Shown: piece after piece, positions 12,934-25,053 of the stretch
Layout: every line of letters begins with the position of its first letter
How positions within the stretch are numbered: position 1 is the stretch's first letter
NCBI GenBank assembly: GCA_037447605.1
Contig: CM074821.1
Location: forward strand, 558,001-622,000
Length of the DNA: 64,000 bases
Origin: Zygnema circumcarinatum SAG 698-1b
Lineage: Eukaryota > Plantae > Zygnematophyceae
Reading direction: 5' to 3'
The notes under the pieces: generated by a model
Database searches by the model: none
What the model saw: the letters and a program-made list of their open reading frames with translations, nothing else
Told to the model about the DNA's origin: nothing
Position numbers and translations under genes: made by a program

Positions 12934-12996
12934 GGTCCATTTCTTACTAAAGTGGTTGACCAAGAACTGGTCAACCACTTTAGTAAAAAATGGACC
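12934..12996. repeat. 63-bp near-perfect palindrome/hairpin
   Basis: ggtccatttcttactaaagtggttgacca-agaac-tggtcaaccactttagtaaaaaatggacc: 29-bp arms, one mismatch. Confidence 0.85.
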
Positions 12997-13730
12997 TGAG
13001 GCTGGCTAATTTTGGCCACCACTCACTATGACGCAAGCATTTGGCGAACTCCGTTGTTAACGACGTCAGCAAACATAACATCAAACGAGGGCTCGCACAG
13101 CTGGGCAGAATTGGCCGTAAAAAAATGTTTCTTCTTGTCACGTGTCATGTCCTTAGCCATGATGTTTTCTACCGTACACAAGGATTTTTTTTTCTGGCTG
13201 ATCCTCTCGCTAAGCGCGGGCGGGAAATTGTCGTTTTGGGGAGTTCGAGGTTGTCGGTTTGTGGTTGTTTGTCGCTTGCGGAAGCCTGAAAACGCGGGGA
13301 AATGTCGGTTGGTCTATGCCACCTCGAGATTCTCGTCGCGAAAAAACGCCAGGGTCACAAAACGACAAGATCTACCGACAAATGATCGGACCGCTGTCGT
13401 TTGACGGCGGGCGCCGCCTTTCTACCACTGCCAGGCGCCGGGATAATACGACAAACCGACTCTGTGAGGACATGCGTGGACCATTCATGGCTTGCCACGT
13501 GTCAAATAGTCGGCCAGGCGCCGAAGTGGCGACGGCGGGCATCCAGCCGGCGGCAGCGGGCGGGCCGGGCGGAAATCTTTGTCGTTTTGTGTCATCTGAG
13601 CGGCAAGGCGGCGGCGGGCGGCGGGCCGTGCGACGGCCCATGAAGAGCAGGCGGCAGGCGGGCGGTGACCGGTTTGGGGCCGCGGCCCGAACGGTGGCGC
13701 TACATAGTTGTTGTTGGTGACGTTGTTGGC

Positions 13731-13908
13731 GTCCATGAGAGCCATGTTTGTGTTGTTCTTGGAGTCCATGACAGCCATGTTGGTGTTGTTGTTGGAGTCC
13801 ATGAGATCCATGCTGGTGTTTTCGTTGGATTATGTTGTTGTTAGAGTCCATCAGAGCCATGTTGGTGTTGTTGTGGGCGTCCATGAGAGCATGTTGGTGT
13901 TGTTGTTG
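13731..13908. repeat. 33-bp minisatellite, about 5 units
   Basis: Units gtccatgagagccatgttggtgttgttgttgga start at 13731, 13764, 13797, 13846 and 13879. Confidence 0.8.
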
Positions 13909-16604
13909 CTTGTGTTTTGTGAGCATTCATAGAGACACGTGTGCGCAACACCCACATGTGAAGGGCGACTGCTCTTCATGGTCCGTCGCACGGTCCGCCG
14001 CCTCGCTGCTCAGATGCCAGATAACGACAAAGCCGCCCGACCGGCCCGCCCGCTCCCGCCGGCTGGACGGCCCACAGTCGCCGGTTCGAGCCTGGCAGAC
14101 TAAAGTGCACGTGGCAGACTCCGAATGGTCCACCTCTCTCAGAGAGTCTGTGTATCCGTACAGACGGTTTGTCGTATCAGCACGACCCCGTGCTGTTAAA
14201 ACCTCCAATGGGAACCCGCAACGTCCTCAAATAACCTACGTGGCTACTTTTCATTGGTCAAGTGGGCCCACCAGCAGCTCACATTTGTACATATCGTAGA
14301 GGTCAAAATCTCAGAATCGGAACCTCTTGCAATTTTGCATCAGGTTTCAATAATAAGACAAAAAGGACCACTTCACCGCTCACAACAGACAAATTTTTGC
14401 CAACATGGCAGCATCTCACTCGTTCACATAATGAAATGTCGCTTGGACAACTGTACCGTCCGATTTGATCGGACTGTCCGTATAGATTCCAAAAACCGTA
14501 CGGAAAGAAGAACATCGCGAAATTTCCTGGCAGCTTCAATTCCGTGGGACCGTCCGTTTGAGTTGGCGTTAACGGCACTGCGCAATTCTCCAAATCCGAA
14601 TTTTTGGCAAATCTCCATACCAATAGAATTCCACCACGTGACGAAGCTGACGGAATCAGGGCCCGTGTGTCCAAAAGTGCCACCTGTCCAACAGGGCGGC
14701 ATCATTTGTCGCAATAATAAGGACAAATGTACGGACCATTCAAAAGTTATCTGCACTGCCCTGTGTGGAAAGGCCTGGCTATGTAGTATGCCACGTGGAA
14801 ATACGTGATTGGTGTAAGGGCAAATTCTGAACTAAAAATCGAGATCTCTAGTGTGTTATTAGCGATTAGTCTGTTACGTCTTGGCCGCAAAAAACAAATA
14901 ACGCAAAATCGGACCGTACCATTTGTACAGTCTTGAAAAGCAGGACAGTTCGTACATAAGTACGGACATTTTAACATTCCGATCGTCCGTACATCTGGAC
15001 CGTTCCAAAAAATTGGAAAAAGAACCCGCCTGCCGCCGAAAGTTGCAAAGAACCCTAATGCTGTATCCGACCACAAAAATAGTTTTTATCTGCCCGAAAT
15101 TATTCAGGCAGCGAGAAACAAGTTTCATGGTTCACAACCAGAAGCCTTCGCCCCACTCACCTGCCCGGAAACGAAATATCTCTGCGACGGGCAACTGCCG
15201 GAGATACGACAACGCCAAAACATATTGCAGATGGAAAAACATATTTGCGATTACGGCGCAGCAGTTGGAGCTGGCGATCGGACCAAGGGGCGCCTCCCTC
15301 CCTCCCTCCCTCCCTCCCTCCCTCCCTCCCACTCTCTCGTCTCGTCTCCTCACCTCCCCTCTCCTCTCTCCCTCCCTCTTCTCCTTTCTCCCTCTCTCCT
15401 CTCGCGTTCCCTTTCTTTTGTCTCCCTCTTTCCTCCCTCCTCTCTTCTCCTTTCTCGCTCGCCTCTCTCCTCTCCTATCTCCTCCCTCTCTTTCCTCCCT
15501 CTTTCCTCTCTCCTCTCTCCCTCTCCCCTATTGCCCCTCTCCCCTCTCCTCCCGGGCAAGCCATGTTTCCCGACCTGTTCCGACAATGCAGCGGAGCTTA
15601 TGTCCCGCCATGAACACAGAGGTTCCCATTCTCCCTCCTCCCTCCCCCCTCTCCCTCTCCCTCTCCCTCTCCCTCTCCCTCNNNNNNNNNNCCCTCTCCC
15701 TCTCCCTCTCCCTCTCCCTCTCCCTCTCCCTTTCCCTCTCCCTCTCCCTCTCCTTCTCTCTCTCCCTTGCTGAACTCGTCGGTTTTCTCCGCGGTAGAGG
15801 CCACCTCCACGTGTCTTGAAACTGAGCTGAACGAAACTGAAACTGACAGTGATGATTTTAGAAATACATAGGAACTCTTCAGTACTCTTGGGTGGGTGCG
15901 GGTGTTGAGCATTCGTTTCCATCGAAGGCAGGTCACATGGAACTAAGAGGAGCTGAGGTCTCTCTTGTACAGTCGATATAGTTTTGAAGGAAGGAGAGGG
16001 GGGAGGGACGAGGGAGGAGAGTGGAGGGAGGAGGGAGGAGGGAGGGACGAGCGAAGAGAGAAATGGGAAGAAGAGGGAGAGGCAGCGGATGGGAGGAGAG
16101 AAGAGAAAAGGCCGGAAAGGGAGGTAGGCATTGCACAAAGAGCGCAAGAAAGTGGGTGTGCGAGAGGACGAGAGAGAAATAATCGGCGAAAGAGGGGGAG
16201 AGGGGTTTTTAGGGAGACAGCGAATCTGTGTGTGTGTGAGAGAGAGAGAGAGAGACTGCTGTTCTGGGGCTGTGACGTGTGAAAATTATAGAGTCATAGC
16301 TGATCTGAGTGAGGAGGAGAGCGGAAGTAACTAAGCTGTAGACGACGAATGCAGAAGTTTTACCACTGGTTTCTTAGTAGCCCCTTTTTGCCAGTCCTGT
16401 GAATGCAGTTTGTGGAAAATTTCGATCGACATTACCGACTTCGTACTGACATTGAAGCCGCGCACGGTGCTCTTCTTTGCAGGTTGAACGGAGGGATGTG
16501 TCTGCATACGTGATGCTTCCCAGCGTCCCCATACCCTAATTTGACTTTGACAAAGATAGATTCAGATTCACGAAGTTTTATTTATTTTTAAATTGTGAAG
16601 TCGG

Positions 16605-19600
16605 ATGAAGACTCAGGATCGGCGGCGCAAGAATGATGTTTCCGGGAAGTTTCAGATCTCAGACAGCTTGAAGAATTTGCTGGAAGGAGGGCCTCGCTGG
16701 AAGAATGACATAGTTTCCCCCAAAGGAAGTGACTTTATCGATAAAGAATCACATATGGAGTCGGAAAAGCCGAAACCTCATCCAGCAATCTCGCCAATTG
16801 CGATGGGGGTTTCAGTTTCCTCTAAGAAGCTGTCAACTAGTGTGAGTCTGATTAAGATGGGAAAGGAGCTGGAAGCCGTGGCAATGCGCCAACAGAGCAT
16901 GAAGAGAGAGACAGAGTGGGGAGAGTGGAGAGAGAGAGGCGAGAGAGGGAGAGAGGAAGAGGCACAGAAGAAGCAACCGATGGAAGACGCTAAGAAATCA
17001 GGGTTAGGCAGATTAGGGTTCGGGAAATTAGGGTTAATGTTTGGGAGGTCCCACCCGGCAGTGGGAAGTGCAGAGAAGCAGTCAGTTATGGCGTCCAAGG
17101 AAGTGGTTAAGACGAGAGATAAGGGAGGTGTGAAGGAGAGGGAGGAAGTAGGGGGCAGCCAGAGGTGGTCCAGCCGGAAAGTAGCGGGAGGGGGGGAGAG
17201 TGGGAGATATATGGAGGAGTGGGAGAATCATGAGGATGAGTTGTCGAAGGAAGAGAGGGAAGCGTACAGGAGGGAGAGGCCTTTGATGAAAATGATGACA
17301 GATGTACCCCCGAGAGTGCGCTATGGGGAAGAGAAGGCGATGTTGAAGCGGCAAATATCTGAAAGGTCGTCGCTGGATCCGCCTCCTTTTCCCTTCCAAG
17401 AAAGAAGAGAAAAAGGAGAGGCGCTCCGACGGAATGGGGAGAGAGGGCGAGAGGAGGAGAGTGATAGTGTCCAGAGTGTGATTGTGAGTGACGAGATCGA
17501 GAGAGGGATTTATCCTTCGAACGCGCAGGTGGGAGAGGGGAGGGAGAGAGGAGGGAGAGGCGAGATGGGGGAAAGTGAGCGAGTAGCTGTAGAGCACAAC
17601 AGCCGCGTTATGAGTGGAATTAGGGCTGACGTCAGAAACTCTTCCGTGGCAGTTAGCCGGAAAGTAGCGGGAGGGGGGGAGAGAGGGAGATATATGGAGG
17701 AGTGGGAGAATCACGAGGATGAGTTGTGGGAGGAAGAGAGGGAAGCGTACAGGAGGGAAAGGCCTTTGATGAAAATGATGACAGATGTCCCCCCGAGAGT
17801 ACGCTATGGGGAAGAGAAGGCGACGTTGAAGCGGCAAATATCTGAAAGGTCGTCGCTGCGTCCGCCTCCTTTTCCCTTTCAAGAAGGGAGAGAAAAAGGA
17901 GTGGCGCTGAGACGGGAGGGAGAGAGAGGGCGAGAGGAGGAGAGGGATAGCGGCAGCCAGAGTGGGATTGAGAGTGACGAGAGAGAGAGAGAGCGAGAGA
18001 GAGGGTTTTATCCCTCGAACGCGCAGGTGGCAGAGGGGAGAGAGAGAGGAGGGAGAGGCGAGAGGGGGGAGAGGGAGCGAGTAGCTGTAGAGCACAACAA
18101 CCTTGTGGGAGGAATTAGGGCTGACGCCAGAAACGCTTCCGTGTTAGGGCTCGTGGCAGTTAAACCTGTTGCGGATCTGCAACGGGACGGGATTCCGTCC
18201 ACATATGGACCTGCTCGGGATGTGCGTCACGGAAGCGTGGAAATGAACGCGAACGGGGACAACAACTGGAACGGTAATTGGCCGCATAGAACTGCGCCAG
18301 AACGACGGACGGGTGACATGTATCCGTCGGAGCACGAGGACTGTCGACCATGGAACGGGGAAGATCCGTACCAATCAGAAGGCGACACATGGCGGCAGTT
18401 GAACGAGGAGGAACGCTCGTACATGGAGCGGCGGAGGTTCGAGGAGGCGGAAATTAGGGTTAGGGTTGGCGGAGGAGGAGGAGGGCGGGGGAGGTGCGAG
18501 GAGGGGAGAGAGAGGGTGGAGAGGGGAGAGAGAGAGCGCTTCCTGTGGCAGGCCAGGCATGAAGGTAGCTACAGGAGGGAGGGAGAGGGAGAGGGAGAGG
18601 GCGAGGGTTACGGGAGGGAGGGAGAGGGAGGGCCGTACAGGAGGGATGGAGGTGCGCGGTGGGATGGCGAAGGAAGATGGGAAGGGAGAGAGGGGGGACG
18701 GAGGTGGGAGGGAGGAGGGAGGGAGGGTACAGAGGACAGCGACTCTCAGCATTCGGATGTTTCAGCGTGGGGGAAGTGGAAGTGGAGATTCAGAAATCGA
18801 CAGACTGTGAGTCGGAGTCCGAGTCCGGAATATTTTTATCGCTCCGACAATTCTGTATGGGGGTCTGTGAAGTGCAGTGAAAGCGAAGATGAGGTTGCGG
18901 ACATTAGGGTTGCAGTAATCCCTGTTGACATTCCCATTGCTGTGCCCATAATGCCCCAGAATATGCAGGGAGTGGTAGTGTCTGCTTCCGGGGTGAGGTG
19001 GGAGGTGGGAGACGAAGGAGGGATGAGAGAGGGAGGGAAAGATTTGAAGGCAATGGCTGCAGTGGGAGAACGAGAGGCTTTCAAGGAGCGCATGGAGAAT
19101 AAAGAAGTGCGTGGGCTTCAGGACCGTCCCAAACTGCAGTCATTAGGTTTGGAGTCAGGGGGCGACTCTTTCTCGAACGACGAATCTGAGCGGAGACTTA
19201 ACTTTTTGTCGGAACCTTCCCCTTCTCCGCTTCTCTATTTGAAGAAAGATGGCGCTGGTGTCCATGAAGCTCCCACTTCTCCCATTTCGCCTCTGCAAAG
19301 GAGCAATTTAAGGAGCAGTTCGAGTAACTCGTACAAAGGGTCTGCATCGCCTTCGGAAGTGGCTTCTTCGAATCTTATTTTAGACGAGTCGGGGCCTCAT
19401 CTATCTGCAGGAGAAGCTCGTCCTACCTCTTCTTATGTGCGAGAGTGCAGCAGTCCTCAAGGCCAGGGCGTTTTTGGGGAGCAGTTAGGGCAAGTCGATA
19501 GGCACCCGCGGAACTTTTTGGAATTTGAAATTCCGGCAGAGACTATGAATGGAAACTACTCGGATTTCAGCAACAGCATGACGCCTTCTCCGGAGAGGAG

Positions 19601-21321
19601 AAATGCTTTTACTGCACACACTCCTTCAGAGATCAATTTGCCAGCGATGGATTCTGTTGAAGACACGTCAACTCTAGGGTCAGGCTTTGATAAAGTCAAT
19701 GCATCCGTAGCACGGAATAAGGAAACCTCGGTGTTGGAGGAGGAATTGTATCCGAATGTGATGTTAATAGAGGTGTCTCCTAAACCCCGTCGAGCTCCCT
19801 TTCTCTCCTTCAAACCTCCTGCTTCGCCATCTCCGGAAGGGGAAGCTAAACCTAAACAGCGGAAAGCAGCTTTTGTACCGACACCGGCTGCTGCTTTCCC
19901 CTCCGTAAAGCTGAGTACTTCTGATGCAATATGTGAATCTTCAGTGGAACGAGACAGCAAGGAGGATCAAGCGTCGACGATGGGAGTGAGTTTTCTGCTT
20001 TATTCTCTCTCTCTCTCTCTATGCACTTTCATGTTTTCCGGACTTTTTGCAGGCTTCCTATTCTGTCTTGTTCTAAAATGTGGAGAGATGAAGTGTGTCT
20101 GACTCGCCCTCACAACCTGCAGGGAAACGGAAGCAGTGAAATTCGCTCCAAGGCAAAGGCAGCAGCTCGAATGCGAGGACAATCTGCCCCCGAGTTTCTC
20201 AACTGGTATGATGCAAACGAAGATTCGGAAAGCCCTTCAGAAAGTGATGATGCGTCCACTCCAGGAATGAGGGCTCGTACGTTTGGAAGGGAGGGAAGAA
20301 AAAGTCGGAAGGAGAAACCTGGTCTTAGGAGGGGGAAAAGCAGAGATTTAGTAGCTGCTAAAGATGTGCCAATAGGGTGCTTGAGGGAGAACCACTGGGA
20401 GGTCAGAGAGCTTCCTACTTCAGCAAAACGCTTTCAGAAAAGCGATTGGCCTTCTGCTGCTGTTGTCTCCCATCCGACTTCAAAAGACTCTCTTGAGGGA
20501 AAGAGAGAGGTAGTGGAGAGGGCGGAGAGGTTGGTGCATTTTAGGAGAAATGCAGGAGAGGAGTTCAACTTAGTAGAGAATGTGAAGCTTCCGCGAACCT
20601 TCTCTGTGCCGGATGTAGTGAAGCCTCCAACTGTACGGCTTCCGCATAGATCGGCATCTGCAGGTCATCCTTCAGAGAGGCAGGTGCCTCTTAAGTTGAA
20701 AAGCGAAAACCGGCTGGTGGAGGTGAGTCATCTCCATATGCGAAAAGCAGCATTGTCTCCCACTATGATATCCTCTCCCTTCCTCCTCTCCTCTTAACTT
20801 GTAGCCCCTCCCTCCCTCCCTCCCTCCCATTCTTTCCTTTCCTTTGGACACTTTATTCCTAGCTGTCATTCTCTCCTTTGTCTCTCGTTAGCAATTGCCT
20901 GCCTCTCAAGCTTCAATCTTGTCTTTTCCTCGCCCTCAGTCCTATTCTTGTCGTTTTCCTTCTTTCCGTCACCTTTTCCTTTCTTCCATTCCTGGAATTC
21001 ACTCGCCTGATCGTACTGTTTACCTTTCCTACTCTCCTCCAGCTCAATGCCCCCACCCCTCCTCCCCTTTCCTCCTTACCTCCTCCCCTCCTCCCCTCTC
21101 CTTTAAAGCCTCCATTTCTTGCCTCTCTTTCTCGCTCTCTCTCTCTTTCTCTCTTTTGCCGCTTTGTCCTCCCACCCTCTCCCCTTGCTCCCTCTCTCTT
21201 CATCTCCTGTCAGAGACATCACCAGGGGGTTAGTCTTCACAAACCATTTGCTGACTCCACAGGACAGCCCAAAGTTTTTTTCCCAAATCCCCTTGAAGAG
21301 AATGGAAATCTCCCTACTTGA
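16605..21321 (+). CDS. Large uncharacterised, mostly disordered E/R/G/S-rich protein with an internal tandem duplication
   Basis: 3.4-kb open exon 16605-19985 (donor GTGAGT), exon 20123-20722 in phase, tentative last exon 21214-21321. No recognisable domain. Confidence 0.65.
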
Positions 21322-22077
21322 GCTATTATTCACATGCTTCTTCCCTCCGTTTCCGTTCTGTTCTGCAGTGCCGGTGGTGCCATGCACACCTCATAATCCC
21401 TCCGACTCTCCCTTCGATTCCCTCAAAGTCCCAAAAGTTGCGTTGCTCCAATTGTCGCAATGTCACTGCCCTCTCTCCTCCGCCCCCCGCCTAGCTTCAG
21501 CGCCGAGGAGGAAGCTTCCCAAGGTGCAGCCATGGCTGCCAACTTACCTGAGAAACCACGAGGAGAAGCTCGAGTACCGGCCAACGGACAACATAGAAGC
21601 TCGTTGCAGGAGGGAGCGCTGCGGAGTTAAGCTCCGGCGCTTAACCCTAAAACAGAAAGGGGATAAGCACGGAAAAGGCTCTCTTCCCATTCTCGCCTTA
21701 GGATTAGGGTTTGGAGACGGCTCTGTAGCATGCCGCAAGGCGAGGGAGGGGCTCTCCCTTTACTTCTCGCGATCCGATGAAGATTTTTTGTTAGAGGGTG
21801 GAGGGAAATCGCACTCTGTGAAGGTCTAATGGTTGCGTCGCCGCTCCTCCGTGCTTCAGAAGCAATTGATTAGGGTGGTAGTTATTATTATTCTTCTTGT
21901 TTAATTAATTTGAGTACGTGATTGGCAAATTGTCATTGTCAGATTTTTGCTTCCATTTTTTTGGATGGCTTTCCAATGATGATTGCGTTTTGGAGAAGGA
22001 AAAAAACGAAATTGGAGCATGTGGCGGCTTTGCGGCACCGAAGCCAATGGCTAAAAAATGAAACTGCGCTTTTGTGG

Positions 22078-22395
22078 CCCTAACCCTAACTCTAATCCTG
22101 AACCCCAACCCTATCTCTAACCCTAACTCTTAACACTAACCCAACCCTCACCTAACCCTAATTCGAAACTCTTCCCCTGAAGCATTACCCTAACCTTAAC
22201 CCGAATCCTGAACCTCAACCCGAACCTCACCTGACCCCAAAACTTACCCTAATCCTAAACCCTAATCCTAACCCTAACCATAAACCCTAATCCTAATCCT
22301 GAACCTCAACCCTAACCCCTACCTGACCCCAACCCTTACCCTAATCCGAAACCTTAACCCGAACCCTAAAACCCTAACCCTAATCCTAATCCTAA
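22078..22395 (-). repeat. Interstitial telomere-like array, (CCCTAA)n variants on the + strand
   Basis: ccctaa, cctaat and cctgaa tandem units. Confidence 0.85.
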
Positions 22396-22537
22396 GTAAG
22401 GCAGCCGTGCTTTGCCACGTCCCGCCGTGTTTGGAAGTCGGAACAGTCTCAACTTCATCGGCCTGCGATTGTTTCACGGAACAGTTCCGCTCCATGACGC
22501 AATACCGTTACGAATTTTCGAAATTGAAATATTCTTA

Positions 22538-23237
22538 GGGGGCGACTATTTACAGTGTACGGATTCTGAATGTAGTGTACGATTTCACCGGGCAGCAAAA
22601 AAAAGGTTTTTTTTGGCGAAAAATGCTGTTTCACACTTTTCAGAATAGATACAGACCTTTTATCGTCGGATGTACGGATGGTGATTTGAAATGTACGAAG
22701 CGCGCGCGTCTACAAGGTATAAGGGCGCAACACGTGGAGCGACATGATTGGTCGCGGCAACATATGACGTGGCAAGTATGTTTGGGACCGTGACGTGACG
22801 AAACGAGACGCAAAAAAAGTGGAGTCCGCGGACGGCAGTCGGAAATGGCGGGAATTAAAACTGACAGATTTTTCCTGAAACACGCTACGTTATGTGCCCT
22901 ATCTTTTTTTGTCAGTTTGAATTCCCGCCATTTCCGACTGCCGTCCGCGGACTCCACTTTTTTCGCGTCTCGTTTCGTCACGTCACGGTCCCAAACATAC
23001 TTGCCACGTCATATGTTGCCGCGACCAATCATGTCGCTCCACGTGTTGCGCCCTTATACCTTGTAGACGCGCGCGCTTCGTACATTTCAAATCACCATCC
23101 GTACATCCAACAATAAAAGGTCTGTATCTATTCTGAAAAGTGTGAAACAGCATTTTTCGCCAAAAAAACCTTTTTTTTGCTGCCCGACGAAATCGTACAC
23201 TACATTCAGAATCCGTACACTGTAAATAGTCGCCCCC
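22538..23237. mobile_element. 700-bp foldback element (long-TIR, MULE-like non-autonomous) with 8-bp TSD
   Basis: Arms of about 330 bp are near-perfect reverse complements starting GGGGGCGACTATTTACAG, with a short central spacer. TATTCTTA at 22530-22537 and 23238-23245. Confidence 0.92.
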
Positions 23238-23440
23238 TATTCTTAATGTCATCATTATATTTCTATATTCTATTCGATCCAAAATATTATCTATCTGTGA
23301 TTTTTCGCGGCGATACGGTCGCTCCCGGCGGCCGCCGTCCCAAGAGGGAACTTGTCAGTGAAAGGGAGGGCAATTAGAACGCAAAAGGAGGGCCGTGTAG
23401 TAGAATTCAAAATCAAAAATTCTAAAGTCAGGCCGTTTTA

Positions 23441-23610
23441 TAGAACACTTTCAGAATGGCCGGAGAGTTGTACGGTCGTACCGCTGAACTGTACGGTCAG
23501 GGCCAGTCTAATTTTGAGATTTTATATTCGTACAACCGAACAATGCGAACATCTATGGTTGTACGATTGTTGAAGTACAACGGTAGTACGGCCGTTCTAA
23601 AAGTGTTCTA
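23441..23610. mobile_element. Small MITE-like element
   Basis: 22-bp inverted repeat tagaacactttcagaatggccg / cggccgttctaaaagtgttcta (2 mismatches); GTAC-rich interior; no clear TSD. Confidence 0.4.
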
Positions 23611-25053
23611 AAAGTCTGGTACTTTTAGATATTAACACGTTCTAACTCCAGTATCTAAAAATCGAAAACTCGCTTCAACGAACAAATGTCAATCCCTACT
23701 CCCTAGTTAGAAATGCTTATTTGTCGTATTTGTACGAATCTACGTACGGACAGAAAACGACAGCCCTCGGCCCGTTGGCCCGCGGCCTTACGGGCGGGCG
23801 CCAGGGCTGGCACAAATTCGGAAATTCAAGAAAATTTTACCGAAAAAAAATCCATTGGGTAATTTTTATTCTGTCGGGCACAATAAAAGCCCTTTCCAAA
23901 AAATAATTCATCGGCTCTGTACCATTCTGAAGTAATATTTTGTAAGTAATTTTTTTTTTTTTTTTTTCTAACTGCGGGCATTTTCCAAGAAATTTACCAT
24001 TTCCAATGTAACTTTTTGGTCTTCAAAATTTTTTTGGCGCGTGTTTGGTCCGAGATTCTGTCCCTCAGGCTGCACAACAGCTGTCATCCCTTGTTTGTTA
24101 GCTGTAAATTCGTACATGATTTTGTCCGTAACTGAAATCGTACGATCAATATCGAATCCGCCCGACCAAGACGGCCTCTGATTGGCTTCTCGAAGATTTT
24201 CTTGTCAGAAAAAATCCCAGTCCGTGCCCAGTCCTTTTTTTTTCTCTGAAGGGAAAAAAATAAACAGATCTAATTGATTGCGGTATATTCCAGGGGCCTG
24301 CCCGACCCTACCGACAGAATCCCGCCCGGGCGTGAACAAAATCTTGGCAAATTCCACCGTCTTATTTGCGAGGAAAGCTAACCGATTCTAGAAGACGTGT
24401 CGGACGTTGATTGGTGTCACCGACGTGAAAGTACGGTCCGTCCGCGGCCTGACACCTGAGAATTTGTCGGTTTGTATGACGAGGGCCACGTCATCATGAA
24501 TGTTACAAAAACGACGCAAAACGACAAATTTTATGGGTTCATACGCATGTACCATGTGCTCCATGTGCGCTGTGCGGTCCGTACGCTTTGGCGCGAGGGA
24601 AAGAGAGATCCGCACGGATCCACCGACAGCGGCTCGAGGCCGGACTGAGAGGGAGAGGGAGTGGGGAGGAGCCAGGGAGGGAGGGAAGGAGGGAGAGAGG
24701 GAAAGGGAGTGAGGGAGAGGGAAAGGGAGTGAGGGAGAGGGAAGGGAAGGAGGGAGAGGGATAGAGAGAGGTGAGGGAGAGAGGGAAAGGAGAGAGAGAA
24801 GGGAAGGAGGGAGGGAGAGAGGGTGGGAAAGGAGGGAGAGGGAGAGAGAAGGGAGGAAGGAAGAAAGAACGGAAGGACGGAGAGAGAGAGATAGAGGGAG
24901 AGGAAGGAAGGAGGGAAGGAAGCGCAGAGACAAGGCGAGGAGGGAGGGAGGGAACGAGAGAGAGAGAGAGACAGACAGAGAGAGAGAGAAAGTGAAAGCT
25001 CAGAAGGGCGCGCAGGGCGAGAGAGAGAGAGAGAGAGAGACCCTACTCGCAGC

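Noticed and set aside
9761-16136. Possible minus-strand gene (terminal exon 10011-9761, start near 16136)
   Set aside because: Plausible splice acceptor and open frames, but no recognisable homology, and a gap at 15682-15691 breaks the frame. Needs RNA-seq.
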